Notes: generated by a model from the letters alone, not told the origin. Shown: positions 40,778 to 51,461, counted from the first letter of the stretch. The stretch is DNA of 56,382 nt from Alistipes sp. (GCA_045614685.1 JAZLDJ010000010.1:1-56382); one strand, 5' to 3'. Numbers and translations are program-made.

Positions 40778-42055
40778 TTATTTGTTTTCTCTCCAAACTT
40801 GCTTACCTCCGAAAAGAGTCAAGAGGCAACGTCCGTAGACCTCCTCACCGTCGAAAGGTGTAGCCTTACCCATCGAGACAAACTCGGCAGGGTCAATCTT
40901 GTAAGGCTTTGTGATGTCGTATACGGCGATATCAGCTCGCTCGCCCACACGCAAAGCACCGCCCAAGCGGAATATGCGACGCGGATTCTCCGACATCAGC
41001 GCAATTAACTTTTCGATTGTTACAACACCCTTGCGCACAAGGTGTGTATAGCAAATTGCAAACGAGGTCTCGATACCAACAATACCCATTGCGCTACCCT
41101 TCAATCCGCGAGACTTTTCCTCGGCGGTGTGCGGTGCGTGGTCGGTAGCAATTACCTCGATAGTTCCATCTTTAATTCCCTCGATGAGCGCAGCTCTATC
41201 CTCGGCTGCACGCAACGGTGGATTCATCTTGAAGCGACCCTCCTCCTTGAGGTCTGCGTCACACAATACCAAGTAGTGAGGTGCTGTCTCGCACGATATA
41301 TGCTCGCACTTGCTCTTCGCCTCGCGAATAATCTCTACGCTCTCCTTTGTCGAGATATGACAAACGTGATAACGGCATCTCTCCTCCTCTGCCATTACCA
41401 CATCGCGCTTGATTGGACCCCACTCACTCTCCGAGCAGATACCCTTATGTCCGTGCTGACGAGCATACTCGCCATCGTGAATATATCCTGCATGGAGGAG
41501 CGAATCATCCTCGCAGTGCGCAGCAACGATTCCATCCACTGCTGCAATGCGCTTCATAGCCTCGCGCATCAAGCCCTCGGTCTGAATGCCATTACCATCA
41601 TCCGAGTATCCCACCGAGATAGGTCGCAAAGACTCTATATCGGCCAACTCACGTCTTTCACGTCCTTTCGATATTGTAGCAAACGGACGCACCTCGATTA
41701 CCGCCTGCTCATCTATCATCTTCTGCTCAACAGCAATAGTCTCGGGAGCATCGGGAGCGGGCAAAAGGTTTGGCATCGAGCAAACAGTTGTCACTCCACC
41801 ACGTGCTGCAGCCTTTGTTCCGCTGGTGATAGTCTCCTTTGCAGAATAGCCTGGCTCGCGCAAGTGAACGTGCACATCGGCCAAGCCATATGTAACTACG
41901 CAACCCTCTGCATCGAACACCTCGACGTGGCCGTCTACAATCAACGACTCGCCAATCTCGGCTATTTTTCCATCAGCAACAAGTATATCAGCCACGAAGC
42001 TTTCACCTTCGGCAACAAGCGTTCCGCCCTTGATTAACAAACTGTTAGTACTCAT
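40778..42055 (-). CDS. pyrC: dihydroorotase (type I)
   Basis: DVHVHLREPG, MPN, HCED, HVCHIST, KMNPPLR, ATDHAPH; start set at ATG 42055, downstream of the leader terminator. Confidence 0.95.
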   Translation of the reverse strand: MSTNSLLIKGGTLVAEGESFVADILVADGKIAEIGESLIVDGHVEVFDAEGCVVTYGLADVHVHLREPGYSAKETITSGTKAAARGGVTTVCSMPNLLPAPDAPETIAVEQKMIDEQAVIEVRPFATISKGRERRELADIESLRPISVGYSDDGNGIQTEGLMREAMKRIAAVDGIVAAHCEDDSLLHAGYIHDGEYARQHGHKGICSESEWGPIKRDVVMAEEERCRYHVCHISTKESVEIIREAKSKCEHISCETAPHYLVLCDADLKEEGRFKMNPPLRAAEDRAALIEGIKDGTIEVIATDHAPHTAEEKSRGLKGSAMGIVGIETSFAICYTHLVRKGVVTIEKLIALMSENPRRIFRLGGALRVGERADIAVYDITKPYKIDPAEFVSMGKATPFDGEEVYGRCLLTLFGGKQVWRENK

Positions 42056-42071
42056 TTCCAACCCTATATTT

Positions 42072-42101
42072 ACAAAACAGGCGACCAAACAGGCCGCCCG
42101 T
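42072..42101 (-). terminator. attenuator terminator in the pyr leader
   Basis: ACGGGCGGCC-TGTTT-GGTCGCCTGT followed by TTTGT, 17 nt before the pyrC ATG. Confidence 0.7.
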
Positions 42102-42108
42102 TAAAAAG

Positions 42109-42237
42109 TTAATGTGTCAAAACAGTGATAGAATAGTTATAGCGAGAAATTGACAACAACGGCTGCGGGGCGGTTAATGCGCTCTCGTAGCCCTTTGTCG
42201 GGCAAGACATAATATCATGCAAAGCAATTCGCTTCAT
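42109..42237 (-). CDS. candidate pyr leader peptide (42 aa)
   Basis: MKRIALHDIMSCPTKGYESALTAPQPLLSISRYNYSITVLTH*, between the -7 box (42258-42265) and the terminator. Confidence 0.55.
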   Translation of the reverse strand: MKRIALHDIMSCPTKGYESALTAPQPLLSISRYNYSITVLTH

Positions 42238-42310
42238 TACCCTATCTTTATTTTGTGCAAAGATAACATCTTTGCGTCAATTTACAAAGTAAATTAATAT
42301 AAAATTTTCA

Positions 42311-43498
42311 CTATCTTGGCAAAATTTTCACGCCAAGCTTAGCGTATGCTCTCTCGGCCTTAGCCAAAGCATCCTCAATTGAGGTGCCAGTTGCGAGAAT
42401 TACACCAAAACGGCGATGACCTACAACCTCAGGCTTTCCAAAGAGACGAATCTGAACACCCTCCTCTTCGAGGACCTTTTCGATATTCTCAAACTCTACC
42501 TTATCGGTGTCTCCCTCTACAACAATCGCCTTCGAAGCGCTTGGTGCAATAAAGCGAACCGATGGAATTGGCAATCCCAAGACCGCACGTGCGTGAAGCG
42601 CAAATTCCGACAAATCCTGCGATGCCATAGTCACCATTCCGGTGTCGTGCGGACGAGGCGAAACTTCGCTAAAAATAACCTCGTCGCCCTTTATAAACAT
42701 CTCGACACCAAAGATTCCGTAACCGCCTAATGCATCGGTGATTGTGCGCGCCACCTCTTGTGCTTTTGCATATGCAATTTCACTCATTGGCTGCGGTTGC
42801 CACGACTCGCGATAATCGCCATCTACCTGATGGTGACCAATAGGCTCAAGCAAGGTTGTACCACCAATATGGCGAACTGTCAAGAGTGTGATTTCGTAGT
42901 CGAAATCTACAAAACTCTCAACGATTACTCGGCCCGCTCCTGCGCGACCACCCTCCTGTGCAATATGCCAAGCGCGGTCGATATCTTCAGTCTTTTTAAT
43001 GGTCGATTGGCCGTGACCAGACGAGCTCATAATCGGCTTTACCACACAAGGTATACCTATCTCAGCCACAGCGCTTTCGAACTCTTCGCGAGTATCTGCA
43101 AAGCGATAATTAGCAGTCTTTAAGCCACACTCCTCAGCAGCCAAGCGGCGGATACCCTCGCGGTTCATCGTGAGCCACACTGCATTAGCTGTAGGCGCAA
43201 CGCGATAGCCTTGCTTCTCGAGCTCCACTAACACAGGTGTAGCAATTGCCTCCACCTCGGGGATGATAATATCGGGCTTCTCCGTTTCGATAATTTCGCG
43301 CAAGCGCTCACCATCAAGCATCGAGAGCACGTGACTACGATGTGCCACCTGCATTGCAGGTGCGTTCTCATAGCGGTCGAGCGCAATAACCTCTACCCCA
43401 TATCGCTGGAGTTCGAGTGCTACCTCCTTACCCAACTCTCCCGAGCCGCATAGCAGGGCTCGCTTCGCAATTTTCGTAAGCGGAGTTCCAATCTTCAT
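42311..43498 (-). CDS. purT: formate-dependent GAR transformylase
   Basis: [38 protein letters not shown]. Confidence 0.96.
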   Translation of the reverse strand: MKIGTPLTKIAKRALLCGSGELGKEVALELQRYGVEVIALDRYENAPAMQVAHRSHVLSMLDGERLREIIETEKPDIIIPEVEAIATPVLVELEKQGYRVAPTANAVWLTMNREGIRRLAAEECGLKTANYRFADTREEFESAVAEIGIPCVVKPIMSSSGHGQSTIKKTEDIDRAWHIAQEGGRAGAGRVIVESFVDFDYEITLLTVRHIGGTTLLEPIGHHQVDGDYRESWQPQPMSEIAYAKAQEVARTITDALGGYGIFGVEMFIKGDEVIFSEVSPRPHDTGMVTMASQDLSEFALHARAVLGLPIPSVRFIAPSASKAIVVEGDTDKVEFENIEKVLEEEGVQIRLFGKPEVVGHRRFGVILATGTSIEDALAKAERAYAKLGVKILPR

Positions 43499-43519
43499 CT
43501 CTATATATTAATTAATGTG

Positions 43520-44785
43520 TTATCGAATAATAGTCTCTGCACGATCTGGACCTACCGAGATAATCTTTACTGGCACACCAGTCTCCTTCTCGATAAACTC
43601 TACGTACTCCTTGAACTCTACTGGGAAATCCTCGTAGTTGCGAACGTTGCAAATATCGCAGTTCCAACCCTTGAACTCCTTGTAGATAGGTGTGATATCA
43701 TCGGTGCACTCGTATGGGAAGTAGTCGAGCTGCTTACCATCCAACTCGTAACCTACAGCCACCTTGATTGTAGGGAACTCGTTCAAGACGTCGCTCTTCA
43801 TCATGATAAGCTCGGTAACGCCGTTCATCATAACTGTATACTTGAGAGCAACCAAGTCCAACCAACCGCAACGACGTGGACGGCCTGTGGTTGCACCAAA
43901 CTCGTTACCAATCTGGCGCAAGGTCTCGCCTGTAGTGTCGAACAACTCTGTTGGGAACGGACCGCTACCTACGCGAGTACAGTATGCCTTGAAGATACCG
44001 TAAACATTGCCGATGCGAGTTGGAGCAACGCCCAAACCGTTACATACACCCGAGCAAAGGGTGTTCGACGATGTTACATATGGATAGGTACCGAAGTCGA
44101 TATCGAGCAACGAACCCTGTGCACCCTCGGCCAAGATCGAGGTATCGTTGTTGAGAGCCTCGTTAACCATCTGCTCGCTATCTACGAACTGGAACTTACG
44201 CATAGCCTCGATGCCCTTGAACCACTCCTGCTCGTAAGCAGTGATATCGTAGGTGTATGCGTACTGACGAAGCATCTCCTCGTGCTTAGCCTTGAGAGTG
44301 TTGTAACGCTCGATAAAGTCAGGCATCAAGATATCGCCTACACGCAAACCGTTACGGCCAGTCTTATCCATGTAAGTTGGACCGATACCCTTCAAGGTCG
44401 AACCAATCTTGGTCTTACCCTTAGCAGCCTCGCTTGCAGCGTCGAGCATACGGTGGGTTGGGAGAATGAGGTGAGCACGCTTCGAGATAACCATGTGCTT
44501 CGATACATCTACGCCCATCTTCTCGATGTCGGCAATCTCCTCTGCAAGAATTACAGGGTCGATAACAACACCGTTACCGATGATGTTCATAGCCTCATCG
44601 CGGAAAATACCCGAAGGAACAGTGTGCAAAACAAAGCTCTTGCCCTCGAACTTCAACGAGTGGCCTGCGTTAGGACCGCCCTGAAAACGTGCAATAGCCT
44701 GATAATTAGGAGTCAATACATCAACTACCTTACCTTTACCCTCGTCACCCCACTGGAGTCCGAGTACTACGTCTACTTTTTTCAT
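43520..44785 (-). CDS. purA: adenylosuccinate synthetase
   Basis: GLQWGDEGKGK, GGPNAGH, GATTGRPRRCGWLD; start at MKKVDV. Confidence 0.97.
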   Translation of the reverse strand: MKKVDVVLGLQWGDEGKGKVVDVLTPNYQAIARFQGGPNAGHSLKFEGKSFVLHTVPSGIFRDEAMNIIGNGVVIDPVILAEEIADIEKMGVDVSKHMVISKRAHLILPTHRMLDAASEAAKGKTKIGSTLKGIGPTYMDKTGRNGLRVGDILMPDFIERYNTLKAKHEEMLRQYAYTYDITAYEQEWFKGIEAMRKFQFVDSEQMVNEALNNDTSILAEGAQGSLLDIDFGTYPYVTSSNTLCSGVCNGLGVAPTRIGNVYGIFKAYCTRVGSGPFPTELFDTTGETLRQIGNEFGATTGRPRRCGWLDLVALKYTVMMNGVTELIMMKSDVLNEFPTIKVAVGYELDGKQLDYFPYECTDDITPIYKEFKGWNCDICNVRNYEDFPVEFKEYVEFIEKETGVPVKIISVGPDRAETIIR

Positions 44786-45162
44786 TTTATATTTGAGTTT
44801 TTGAAAATTCGCATTTTGCGGTGTAAAGATACAAAATTCTATTTTAATAGAAGGTGTAATTTCCCACAATTATTAACATTTTTTCAACCTGACAAAATTT
44901 ACAACGTTTATTTTTTCATGAATGACAATTTACCAAACTTGCGATTTTACAGTAAAAACCCATTGGTATGTAAACGAAGACTGGAGTAAAGCCTCTCGAA
45001 TGGCACAAGAGCATCTAGAATAGACAGTAGCAAGCGATAATTTATTTGCAGCCACTTGCACTAGATAAAGTCTATCTAGTATGAATTTTAAGAAATTTTT
45101 AATTTTTAATTTTTAATTCTAAATTTTTGTATTACCTTTGCCACCGCTTACGAGCAACGGAT

Positions 45163-45233
45163 TGAGCTGTGGTGTAATGGTAACACAGCAGATTTTGGTT
45201 CTGTCGTTCTGGGTTCGAGTCCCGGCAGCTCAA
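45163..45233 (+). tRNA. tRNA-Gln (TTG)
   Basis: Acceptor TGAGCTG/CAGCTCA, anticodon arm GCAGA-TTTTGGT-TCTGT, GGTTCGAGTCC; -7 box TACCTTTG at 45133-45140. Confidence 0.97.
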
Positions 45234-45273
45234 CACACAAATAGGAGGTCAATTGCCCTCCTATTTGTGTGTT
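45232..45273 (+). terminator. terminator after tRNA
   Basis: AACACACAAATAGGAGG / CCTCCTATTTGTGTGTT. Confidence 0.8.
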
Positions 45274-45281
45274 TAGCAGTG

Positions 45282-45321
45282 TGTTACCCACCCCACCCAC
45301 ACCCCTCCTGTGAGGGGGCTT
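45282..45321. repeat. REP-like palindromic element
   Basis: GTTACCCACCCCACCCACACCCCTCCTGTGAGGGGGCTT, related to 11741-11780. Confidence 0.65.
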
Positions 45322-45404
45322 AATTTTATTAACACGATTGAATTAGTCCTCCTATTGTTGTGTTGAGCGATATACAACTCCTAACTACTCACTCCTCACT
45401 AATT

Positions 45405-45983
45405 TTAAAGCCACCCCATTTCGTAGTAGGTAACAATTTGCTCAAGCAGTTTATCGCGAGTTTGCGGTTGAAAATCGAGCTTAAGATCATTACCAAAGAG
45501 CTTGGCCATCATCTGCCAAAACCCCGCAACAAAGCCTCCACGAAACTCTTTGATGATATCGAAGGCTGTATAGTTGGTTTCGCGGTCGATAAGCTTTAGA
45601 AGAATCTTACCCTCGTAGAATGTCATCTTGAGAATCACAGGCTTATACTCCTTTATCAACTGCTTCTGCAACTCCTTCGAGAGTTTCTCTTGCTCTTTTG
45701 GATTCTTTACTGCGAGTAACTTGCGCTCCATATTATCCATCTCGGCACGCACCTTCTTTGCTAGCGGATAGACCTTTCTTACGGCGCGTACCATACGATA
45801 GTAACGACGTGTATCGGGCTTACGCGGAAACTTGTAGACGGGCAAAATATGCACCAGCGGAATGGTATCGCCTTTATGGATAGTCCACTCCTGATGCCAA
45901 AAGCCACGACCGCGTCGTTGGGCACGAACATTTGGCACAACGACGGCAAGAAGCAGCAATAATATGATTAGTTTACGTCTCAT
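45405..45983 (-). CDS. DUF4294 family protein
   Basis: GDTIP, VRKVYPLAK, GKILLKLIDRET, FWQ..AKLFG.DLK; start moved to MRRKLII (signal peptide, -7 box at 45992-45999). Confidence 0.88.
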   Translation of the reverse strand: MRRKLIILLLLLAVVVPNVRAQRRGRGFWHQEWTIHKGDTIPLVHILPVYKFPRKPDTRRYYRMVRAVRKVYPLAKKVRAEMDNMERKLLAVKNPKEQEKLSKELQKQLIKEYKPVILKMTFYEGKILLKLIDRETNYTAFDIIKEFRGGFVAGFWQMMAKLFGNDLKLDFQPQTRDKLLEQIVTYYEMGWL

Positions 45984-46050
45984 ATTTTCTGCAAATATAA
46001 CGATTTGGCAGAAAAAATCATTACATTTGCGACATAAAACAGATAAAAAT

Positions 46051-46422
46051 ATGAAGGAAGGATTATCTTTTACCGCCACAATGCGCGTTACGCCTGAGGT
46101 TACGGCCGAGTATATCGGCTCGGGCGATTTGGCCGTGTTGGCCACTCCTGCAATGTGCGCTTTGATGGAGAATGCAGCAATGATGGCTGTGGCTTCTCAC
46201 CTCGACGAGGGGCAAACCACCGTAGGAACAATGCTCAACATCGAGCATATGCGAGCAACCAAGGTTGGCAAGGTGGTTACGGCTACGGCAGTATTGACCG
46301 AAATTAATGGTCGCGAACTAAAGTTCAACATCGCAGCGCGCGACGAGGTTGGTATGATTGGCGAGGGTACTCACAATCGCTTTATCGTTAATCGTGAAAA
46401 ATTTATGTCTAAACTACAATAA
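46051..46422 (+). CDS. FlK-like hotdog thioesterase
   Basis: GSGDLAVLATPAMCALMENAA, TTVG, GEGTHNRFIV. Confidence 0.9.
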   Translation: MKEGLSFTATMRVTPEVTAEYIGSGDLAVLATPAMCALMENAAMMAVASHLDEGQTTVGTMLNIEHMRATKVGKVVTATAVLTEINGRELKFNIAARDEVGMIGEGTHNRFIVNREKFMSKLQ

Positions 46423-46434
46423 ACATCAACTAGA

Positions 46435-47595
46435 ATGAAGAAACTACTCGTACTTTTATTACTATCATGCGCTTTTGTTGCTTGCAACAAGAAGGAGGAG
46501 CCGAAGCGCGATTACATTGTAGCGGCCTACATTTGGCCTTCGTGCCACGACGATGCTATGGCGCGCGAATATTTATGGCCTAATGGCGAGGGCGAATGGG
46601 AGGTAATCAAAAAGGGCAATCCGCGCTTCGAAGGCCACTATCAGCCACGCATACCATACTGGGGATACGAAATGGATAACGACCCTGCCGTGGTTGAGAA
46701 GTGGATTAACACAGCTCTCGAATATGGCGTTAATACCTTCGTATACGACTGGTACTGGTTCGACGGCAAACCATTCTTGGAGAGCGCACTCAACGATGGT
46801 TTCTTGAAGGCTCCAAGCAACGAGAAGATGAATTTCTATATTATGTGGGCCAACCACGATGTAAAGAAGAACTACTGGAACTACCACAAATACGGCGACG
46901 ATGACTCGCAGTTGTGGACAGGCCGTGTAGATAGAGCCACTTTCGAGGTTATCGTAGAGCGCGTTATTCGCCAATATTTTGTGCGCCCTAACTATCTCAA
47001 GATCGACGGTTGTCCTATCTTTGGAATCTTTAGTATGGGACGCTTTATCGAAGGTCTTGGCGGCGAGGAGCAGGCACGCGAGGCTGTAGAGTATCTTCGC
47101 GCTAAGGTGCGCGAGGCCGGCTTTCCTGATGTCCACATCCAGGCAATGTCGGGTGGCCCGTCAGACCCTTCGCCCGAGAAGCTCGACAAGTTAATAAATC
47201 GCACAAAGGCAGTGGGTGCAAATAGTTGTGCACTCTACAATATGGGCGGCTTCAATGTCGATTATAAGGTGCATTGCGAGAATGCACGACAGATTCGCGA
47301 GAGCTTAGATGAGCATCTCGACGTTCCGGTCTACCCTTGCGTATCGGTCGCTTGGGACGACACTCCTCGTTTCCCACACAAGGGCGCCGATCACGTCACT
47401 CGTTTCAATGGCACACCAGAGAATTTTGCCGCGGCACTACGCCTTGCCAAGCAATATGTAGACGAACATCCCGACCAGTTTCCGCTTATCACCATCAACG
47501 CGTGGAACGAGTGGATCGAGGGTAGCTATCTTCTTCCAGACAAGGTGAATGGCTTTGCATACCTCGAGGCTGTAAAATCGGTAATGAAAGAGTAA
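46435..47595 (+). CDS. GH99-like/WbsX-like lipoprotein
   Basis: AFVAC lipobox, PRFEGHYQPR.P.WGY, YDWYW, MWANHD, INAWNEWIEGSYL.PD. Confidence 0.85.
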   Translation: MKKLLVLLLLSCAFVACNKKEEPKRDYIVAAYIWPSCHDDAMAREYLWPNGEGEWEVIKKGNPRFEGHYQPRIPYWGYEMDNDPAVVEKWINTALEYGVNTFVYDWYWFDGKPFLESALNDGFLKAPSNEKMNFYIMWANHDVKKNYWNYHKYGDDDSQLWTGRVDRATFEVIVERVIRQYFVRPNYLKIDGCPIFGIFSMGRFIEGLGGEEQAREAVEYLRAKVREAGFPDVHIQAMSGGPSDPSPEKLDKLINRTKAVGANSCALYNMGGFNVDYKVHCENARQIRESLDEHLDVPVYPCVSVAWDDTPRFPHKGADHVTRFNGTPENFAAALRLAKQYVDEHPDQFPLITINAWNEWIEGSYLLPDKVNGFAYLEAVKSVMKE

Positions 47596-47611
47596 GGTAC
47601 AATACATATAT

Positions 47612-47650
47612 AAGAATAATAGGGAGGCTTGGCGCTTCCCTATTATTCTT
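47612..47650. terminator. bidirectional terminator
   Basis: AAGAATAATAGGGAGGC / GCTTCCCTATTATTCTT between convergent genes. Confidence 0.85.
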
Positions 47651-47665
47651 TTGTTTAGCGCTACC

Positions 47666-49933
47666 CTATCGCGCCGATATCTTGTACATTCCAGCCGACA
47701 GCACAATTTCGCTACCAACCTTGTCGCCACAACTCAATGTTGTATAACCCATAGGACAACGAACAACAGCCTCCGTGCCATTTGGTACAACAAGCGAGAT
47801 AAGCAACTCTGCATCACTCTTCTCGGCACGCAACTCGATATTGCCCCACTGTGTAGGCACGCTACTCTCAACAAAATTCAAGCTTGCAAGGTTTGGCCCT
47901 ACCGAAAACTTCTTGAATGCAGGCTCCACAGGCTCGATTCCGGCAAAATAGCGCGAAAGAATAATCAATCCTCCTCCACTCCAAGCGTGATTGTAGGTGC
48001 CGTGACCACTCTTGTATGTCATTCCGCGAGCGCCAGTATACTCCCAGCCCTCCCAAAGTGTAGTGTAAGGAGCAGCTACCATCTCGCCAAAACGCTTCTC
48101 CATACGTTGCAGAGCATCCTCGTGGTATCCCATCTTACACAACGCCTCCAAGACATACTTTTCCATATAGGTACTCGATTGGAAATGTTGCTTGAAGAAT
48201 TTACGCATAGCCTCGTAGCGCTCTTGCGGAACGAATCCTGCCAACACCGCCATCGCCTGCACTCTATCGTCGGGCTCATCCTTGTAGCCTGGCGAGCGAT
48301 ATTGCTGCAACTGCTCGTTCCAATAGCGCTGATTGAACGCATAGCACATTCTATCATAGTATTGCTCGGCAAAGATTACGTCGGTATCGTGGCCCGTGAT
48401 TCGTGCTTGCTCGGCCCAACCTTTCAGTGCAAGAGCATACCAGCATTGTTGCAGAGCTTCATGGTCGATATTTACGCCCCAATCGCCCCAATACCATCCG
48501 CCTTCGCGTGGCTTTACAAGGTCAGCACCTGCTCCTGCACCAACAGTCTCTCGGGATGGCTTCCACACATCAACCAAATAACGCTTTACGCCATCGTAGG
48601 CGAACTCGACACTCTCCTTGTCGCCACTTAACATATAATAGGTATAGAAACCATAGTAGCCTACCGCCGCCAACATCTGACAAGGCAACTCCTGTGCCCA
48701 CCATCCCGGAATTGGCGAATAGAGCGTGCCATCCTCGCGCTGATGCGAGATAACCTCTCGGATAGCCTTGCGGGTAAGCAGATGAGCGCGCGAGTCGAAG
48801 ACATAGCCCGACTGTCCAAGCTCTATCACCACATCACCCCACCATTGACCACGCTCACGGTCAGGACAATCCATATAGGTATCGCGCATATTCACATAGA
48901 GAGTGCGCTCGGCCTTCTCCCACAGCTTGTTGCAGAAGTCGTTGTCGCAGTTGAACGAGCCTACAAAATCGACATCATAGCCACTCTCGCGATACTTCAG
49001 TTCGACCACCTCTACTCCATCGGGGATGGTATATATCACAGCATGGCCATTGGTCCAAATTGGAGTTTCAAACTCCTGTTCACCTTCGCGCGCAATATAT
49101 TCGGTATAGAACGAGCGAGCGCGACCAATCCAATAGTCGTCGGTGCAAATCTTTATGCGCTCACCACCCTTTGCTTTGATTTTGAAATATGGTGTTACAT
49201 GGGCATTATATGGCAACTTGCAAGTTATTTCGTCGCCATTTCGCTCTATGCCTTCGTAGTCACGCAACTCACTCCAGCGCCATTGCGGAATTGGGCGCTC
49301 TTCGAAATCGCCCCAATCGCTTTTGCCTCGCTCAACGGCCACCGCTTTCGGCCACTCTCGACTATCTACATCGCGCGAAAAATCGATTGCCTTTCGGGCG
49401 TCGTATGCTACGTTTGCACCGGCAAGTCGATACTTGCGATAACCCTGCAAATTATGCTCGTTAGGGGCTTGCCACATAGCATTGTAACGCACGGCACTCC
49501 ACGAATTATCGCTTACGATATGGTCGCTTTTTGTAGTTAAATCAAAATATAAGCCAGGTGTAGCTGTTACTCTGTGACTAAATGAGTTACGGCCGTAGTA
49601 TTGCACCAATACAACCACCTCATTTTCGCCCTTTCTGAGGTTTAAACCCGAGGTTAAAACATCGCAATAACTACCAGTCGGCGAAGGGCCTCTTTTGAGT
49701 CCGCCCTCACGCACAACAAGTTCGCCATTCACCCAAAGCCAATACTTCGTGTCGGCTGCAATTCGCAGTTCAACTTCCTCGGTCGAGCTTAGCGAAAACT
49801 CCTTGTGAAAGCACTGCCAATCACCATCGGCAATCTTCTCGGATGTGGTGATAATCTGCGCAACTTTCTCTTCACTGCACGCGGTCGTCAGCATGGCCAC
49901 AATCGTTAAAATTAGCAAAAAAGCTCTTTTCAT
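47666..49933 (-). CDS. alpha-L-rhamnosidase-like GH78 lipoprotein
   Basis: YMDCPDRERGQWWGD, TTLWEGW, TYNHAWSGG. Confidence 0.88.
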   Translation of the reverse strand: MKRAFLLILTIVAMLTTACSEEKVAQIITTSEKIADGDWQCFHKEFSLSSTEEVELRIAADTKYWLWVNGELVVREGGLKRGPSPTGSYCDVLTSGLNLRKGENEVVVLVQYYGRNSFSHRVTATPGLYFDLTTKSDHIVSDNSWSAVRYNAMWQAPNEHNLQGYRKYRLAGANVAYDARKAIDFSRDVDSREWPKAVAVERGKSDWGDFEERPIPQWRWSELRDYEGIERNGDEITCKLPYNAHVTPYFKIKAKGGERIKICTDDYWIGRARSFYTEYIAREGEQEFETPIWTNGHAVIYTIPDGVEVVELKYRESGYDVDFVGSFNCDNDFCNKLWEKAERTLYVNMRDTYMDCPDRERGQWWGDVVIELGQSGYVFDSRAHLLTRKAIREVISHQREDGTLYSPIPGWWAQELPCQMLAAVGYYGFYTYYMLSGDKESVEFAYDGVKRYLVDVWKPSRETVGAGAGADLVKPREGGWYWGDWGVNIDHEALQQCWYALALKGWAEQARITGHDTDVIFAEQYYDRMCYAFNQRYWNEQLQQYRSPGYKDEPDDRVQAMAVLAGFVPQERYEAMRKFFKQHFQSSTYMEKYVLEALCKMGYHEDALQRMEKRFGEMVAAPYTTLWEGWEYTGARGMTYKSGHGTYNHAWSGGGLIILSRYFAGIEPVEPAFKKFSVGPNLASLNFVESSVPTQWGNIELRAEKSDAELLISLVVPNGTEAVVRCPMGYTTLSCGDKVGSEIVLSAGMYKISAR

Positions 49934-50064
49934 AATCTCAAATATGGTTCTTCACAACTACAAATGTAGCAAAATTTCGGAAATATAAAGCGCGTCTCTA
50001 CTAAAAATATAAATATTTTTACTATCTTCGCAGCCAAATTGGGAAAAACAAATACAACTATAAC

Positions 50065-51393
50065 ATGTTCGAAAAACTTACAGACCGCTTAGAAAGGTCG
50101 TTCAAAATCTTAAAAGGACAGGGACGCATCACCGAAATCAACGTTGCAGAGTCCCTCAAGGAGATTCGTCGTGCGTTGATTGACGCCGATGTCAATTACA
50201 AGGTTGCAAAGCAGTTTACCGACGAGGTAAAGCAGAAGGCTCTCGGCCAAAATGTGCTCACTGCTGTATCGCCAGGTCAGATGATGACCAAGATTGTACG
50301 CGATGAGTTGGCTCAGTTAATGGGAGGTGAGGCTACCGACATCAAGCTTAATGGCAACCCAGCAGTTATCCTTATTGCAGGTTTGCAGGGTTCGGGTAAG
50401 ACTACCTTCTCGGGCAAACTCGCTTCGTTCATCAAGAGTAAGAAGGGCCGTCAGGTATTGCTTGTTGCGGGCGACGTCTATCGCCCTGCCGCTATCGATC
50501 AGCTCAAGATTCTTGGTGAGCAGATTGGCGTACCAGTATACACCGAGCCAGGAAATATGAATCCTGTAGAGATTGCCGAGAATGCTATCAAGCACGCACG
50601 CCAGAACAACTACAACGTTGTTATTGTCGATACCGCAGGTCGTTTGGCCGTAGACGAAGCGATGATGGTGGAGATTACCAACATCAAGGCTGCAGTAAAT
50701 CCAAGCGAGACACTCTTTGTTGTCGACTCGATGACCGGTCAGGATGCAGTAAACACTGCACGCGAGTTCAACGACCGCCTCGACTTCGATGGCGTGGTTC
50801 TCACCAAGTTGGATGGTGATACCCGTGGTGGTGCTGCAATCTCGATTCGTTCGGTAGTTAACAAGCCGTTGAAGTTCATCTCGAGCGGCGAGAAGATGGA
50901 TGCCTTGCAGGTATTCCACCCTGAGCGTATGGCAGACCGTATCCTCGGCATGGGTGATGTGGTTTCGCTCGTTGAGCGCGCACAAGCTCAGTACGACGAG
51001 ATGGAGGCACGTCGCTTGAACAAGAAGATTGCCAAGAATCAGTTCGACTTCAACGACTTCCTCTCGCAGATTCAGCAGGTTAAGAAGTTGGGTAACTTGA
51101 AGGAGGTCGCTTCGATGATTCCAGGTATGGGCAAGATGTTGCGCGACGTAGAGATTGGCGACGACGTCTTCAAGCAGACCGAGGCGATCATCGGTTCGAT
51201 GACACCACTCGAGCGCGAGAAGCCAGATATCATCAACGCTCGTCGTCGCGAGCGTATTGCCAAGGGCTCGGGTACAACAATGGCAGATGTAAATCGCTTG
51301 CTCAAGCAGTTCGAGGATATGCGCAAGATGATGAAGATGGTATCGGGTGGCAAGATGAAGATGCCGAAGGGTCTTCCTGGAATGCGACGATAA
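50065..51393 (+). CDS. ffh: signal recognition particle protein
   Basis: GLQGSGKTT, DVYRPAA, DTAGR, TKLDGDTRGGAA, Met-rich M domain. Confidence 0.98.
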   Translation: MFEKLTDRLERSFKILKGQGRITEINVAESLKEIRRALIDADVNYKVAKQFTDEVKQKALGQNVLTAVSPGQMMTKIVRDELAQLMGGEATDIKLNGNPAVILIAGLQGSGKTTFSGKLASFIKSKKGRQVLLVAGDVYRPAAIDQLKILGEQIGVPVYTEPGNMNPVEIAENAIKHARQNNYNVVIVDTAGRLAVDEAMMVEITNIKAAVNPSETLFVVDSMTGQDAVNTAREFNDRLDFDGVVLTKLDGDTRGGAAISIRSVVNKPLKFISSGEKMDALQVFHPERMADRILGMGDVVSLVERAQAQYDEMEARRLNKKIAKNQFDFNDFLSQIQQVKKLGNLKEVASMIPGMGKMLRDVEIGDDVFKQTEAIIGSMTPLEREKPDIINARRRERIAKGSGTTMADVNRLLKQFEDMRKMMKMVSGGKMKMPKGLPGMRR

Positions 51394-51403
51394 CAAAAAT
51401 CAA

Positions 51404-51433
51404 AGATTGCCAAGGCCGAAACCTTGGCAATCT
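51404..51433 (+). terminator. hairpin between ffh and era
   Basis: AGATTGCCAAGG-CCGAAA-CCTTGGCAATCT; weak T tail. Confidence 0.55.
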
Positions 51434-51461
51434 AGTTTGTAGAAACAAAATATAAGCAGAG

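Noticed and set aside
43517-44989. Long antisense ORFs (490 aa opposite purA; similar ones opposite GH97, carB, pyrC, rlmD and ffh)
   Set aside because: They lie opposite clear housekeeping genes, have no motifs, and are explained by codon bias leaving the antisense frame stop-poor
44870-45095. Possible ncRNA or small ORF between purA and tRNA-Gln
   Set aside because: Only a short hairpin and short frames without recognisable motifs; not supportable
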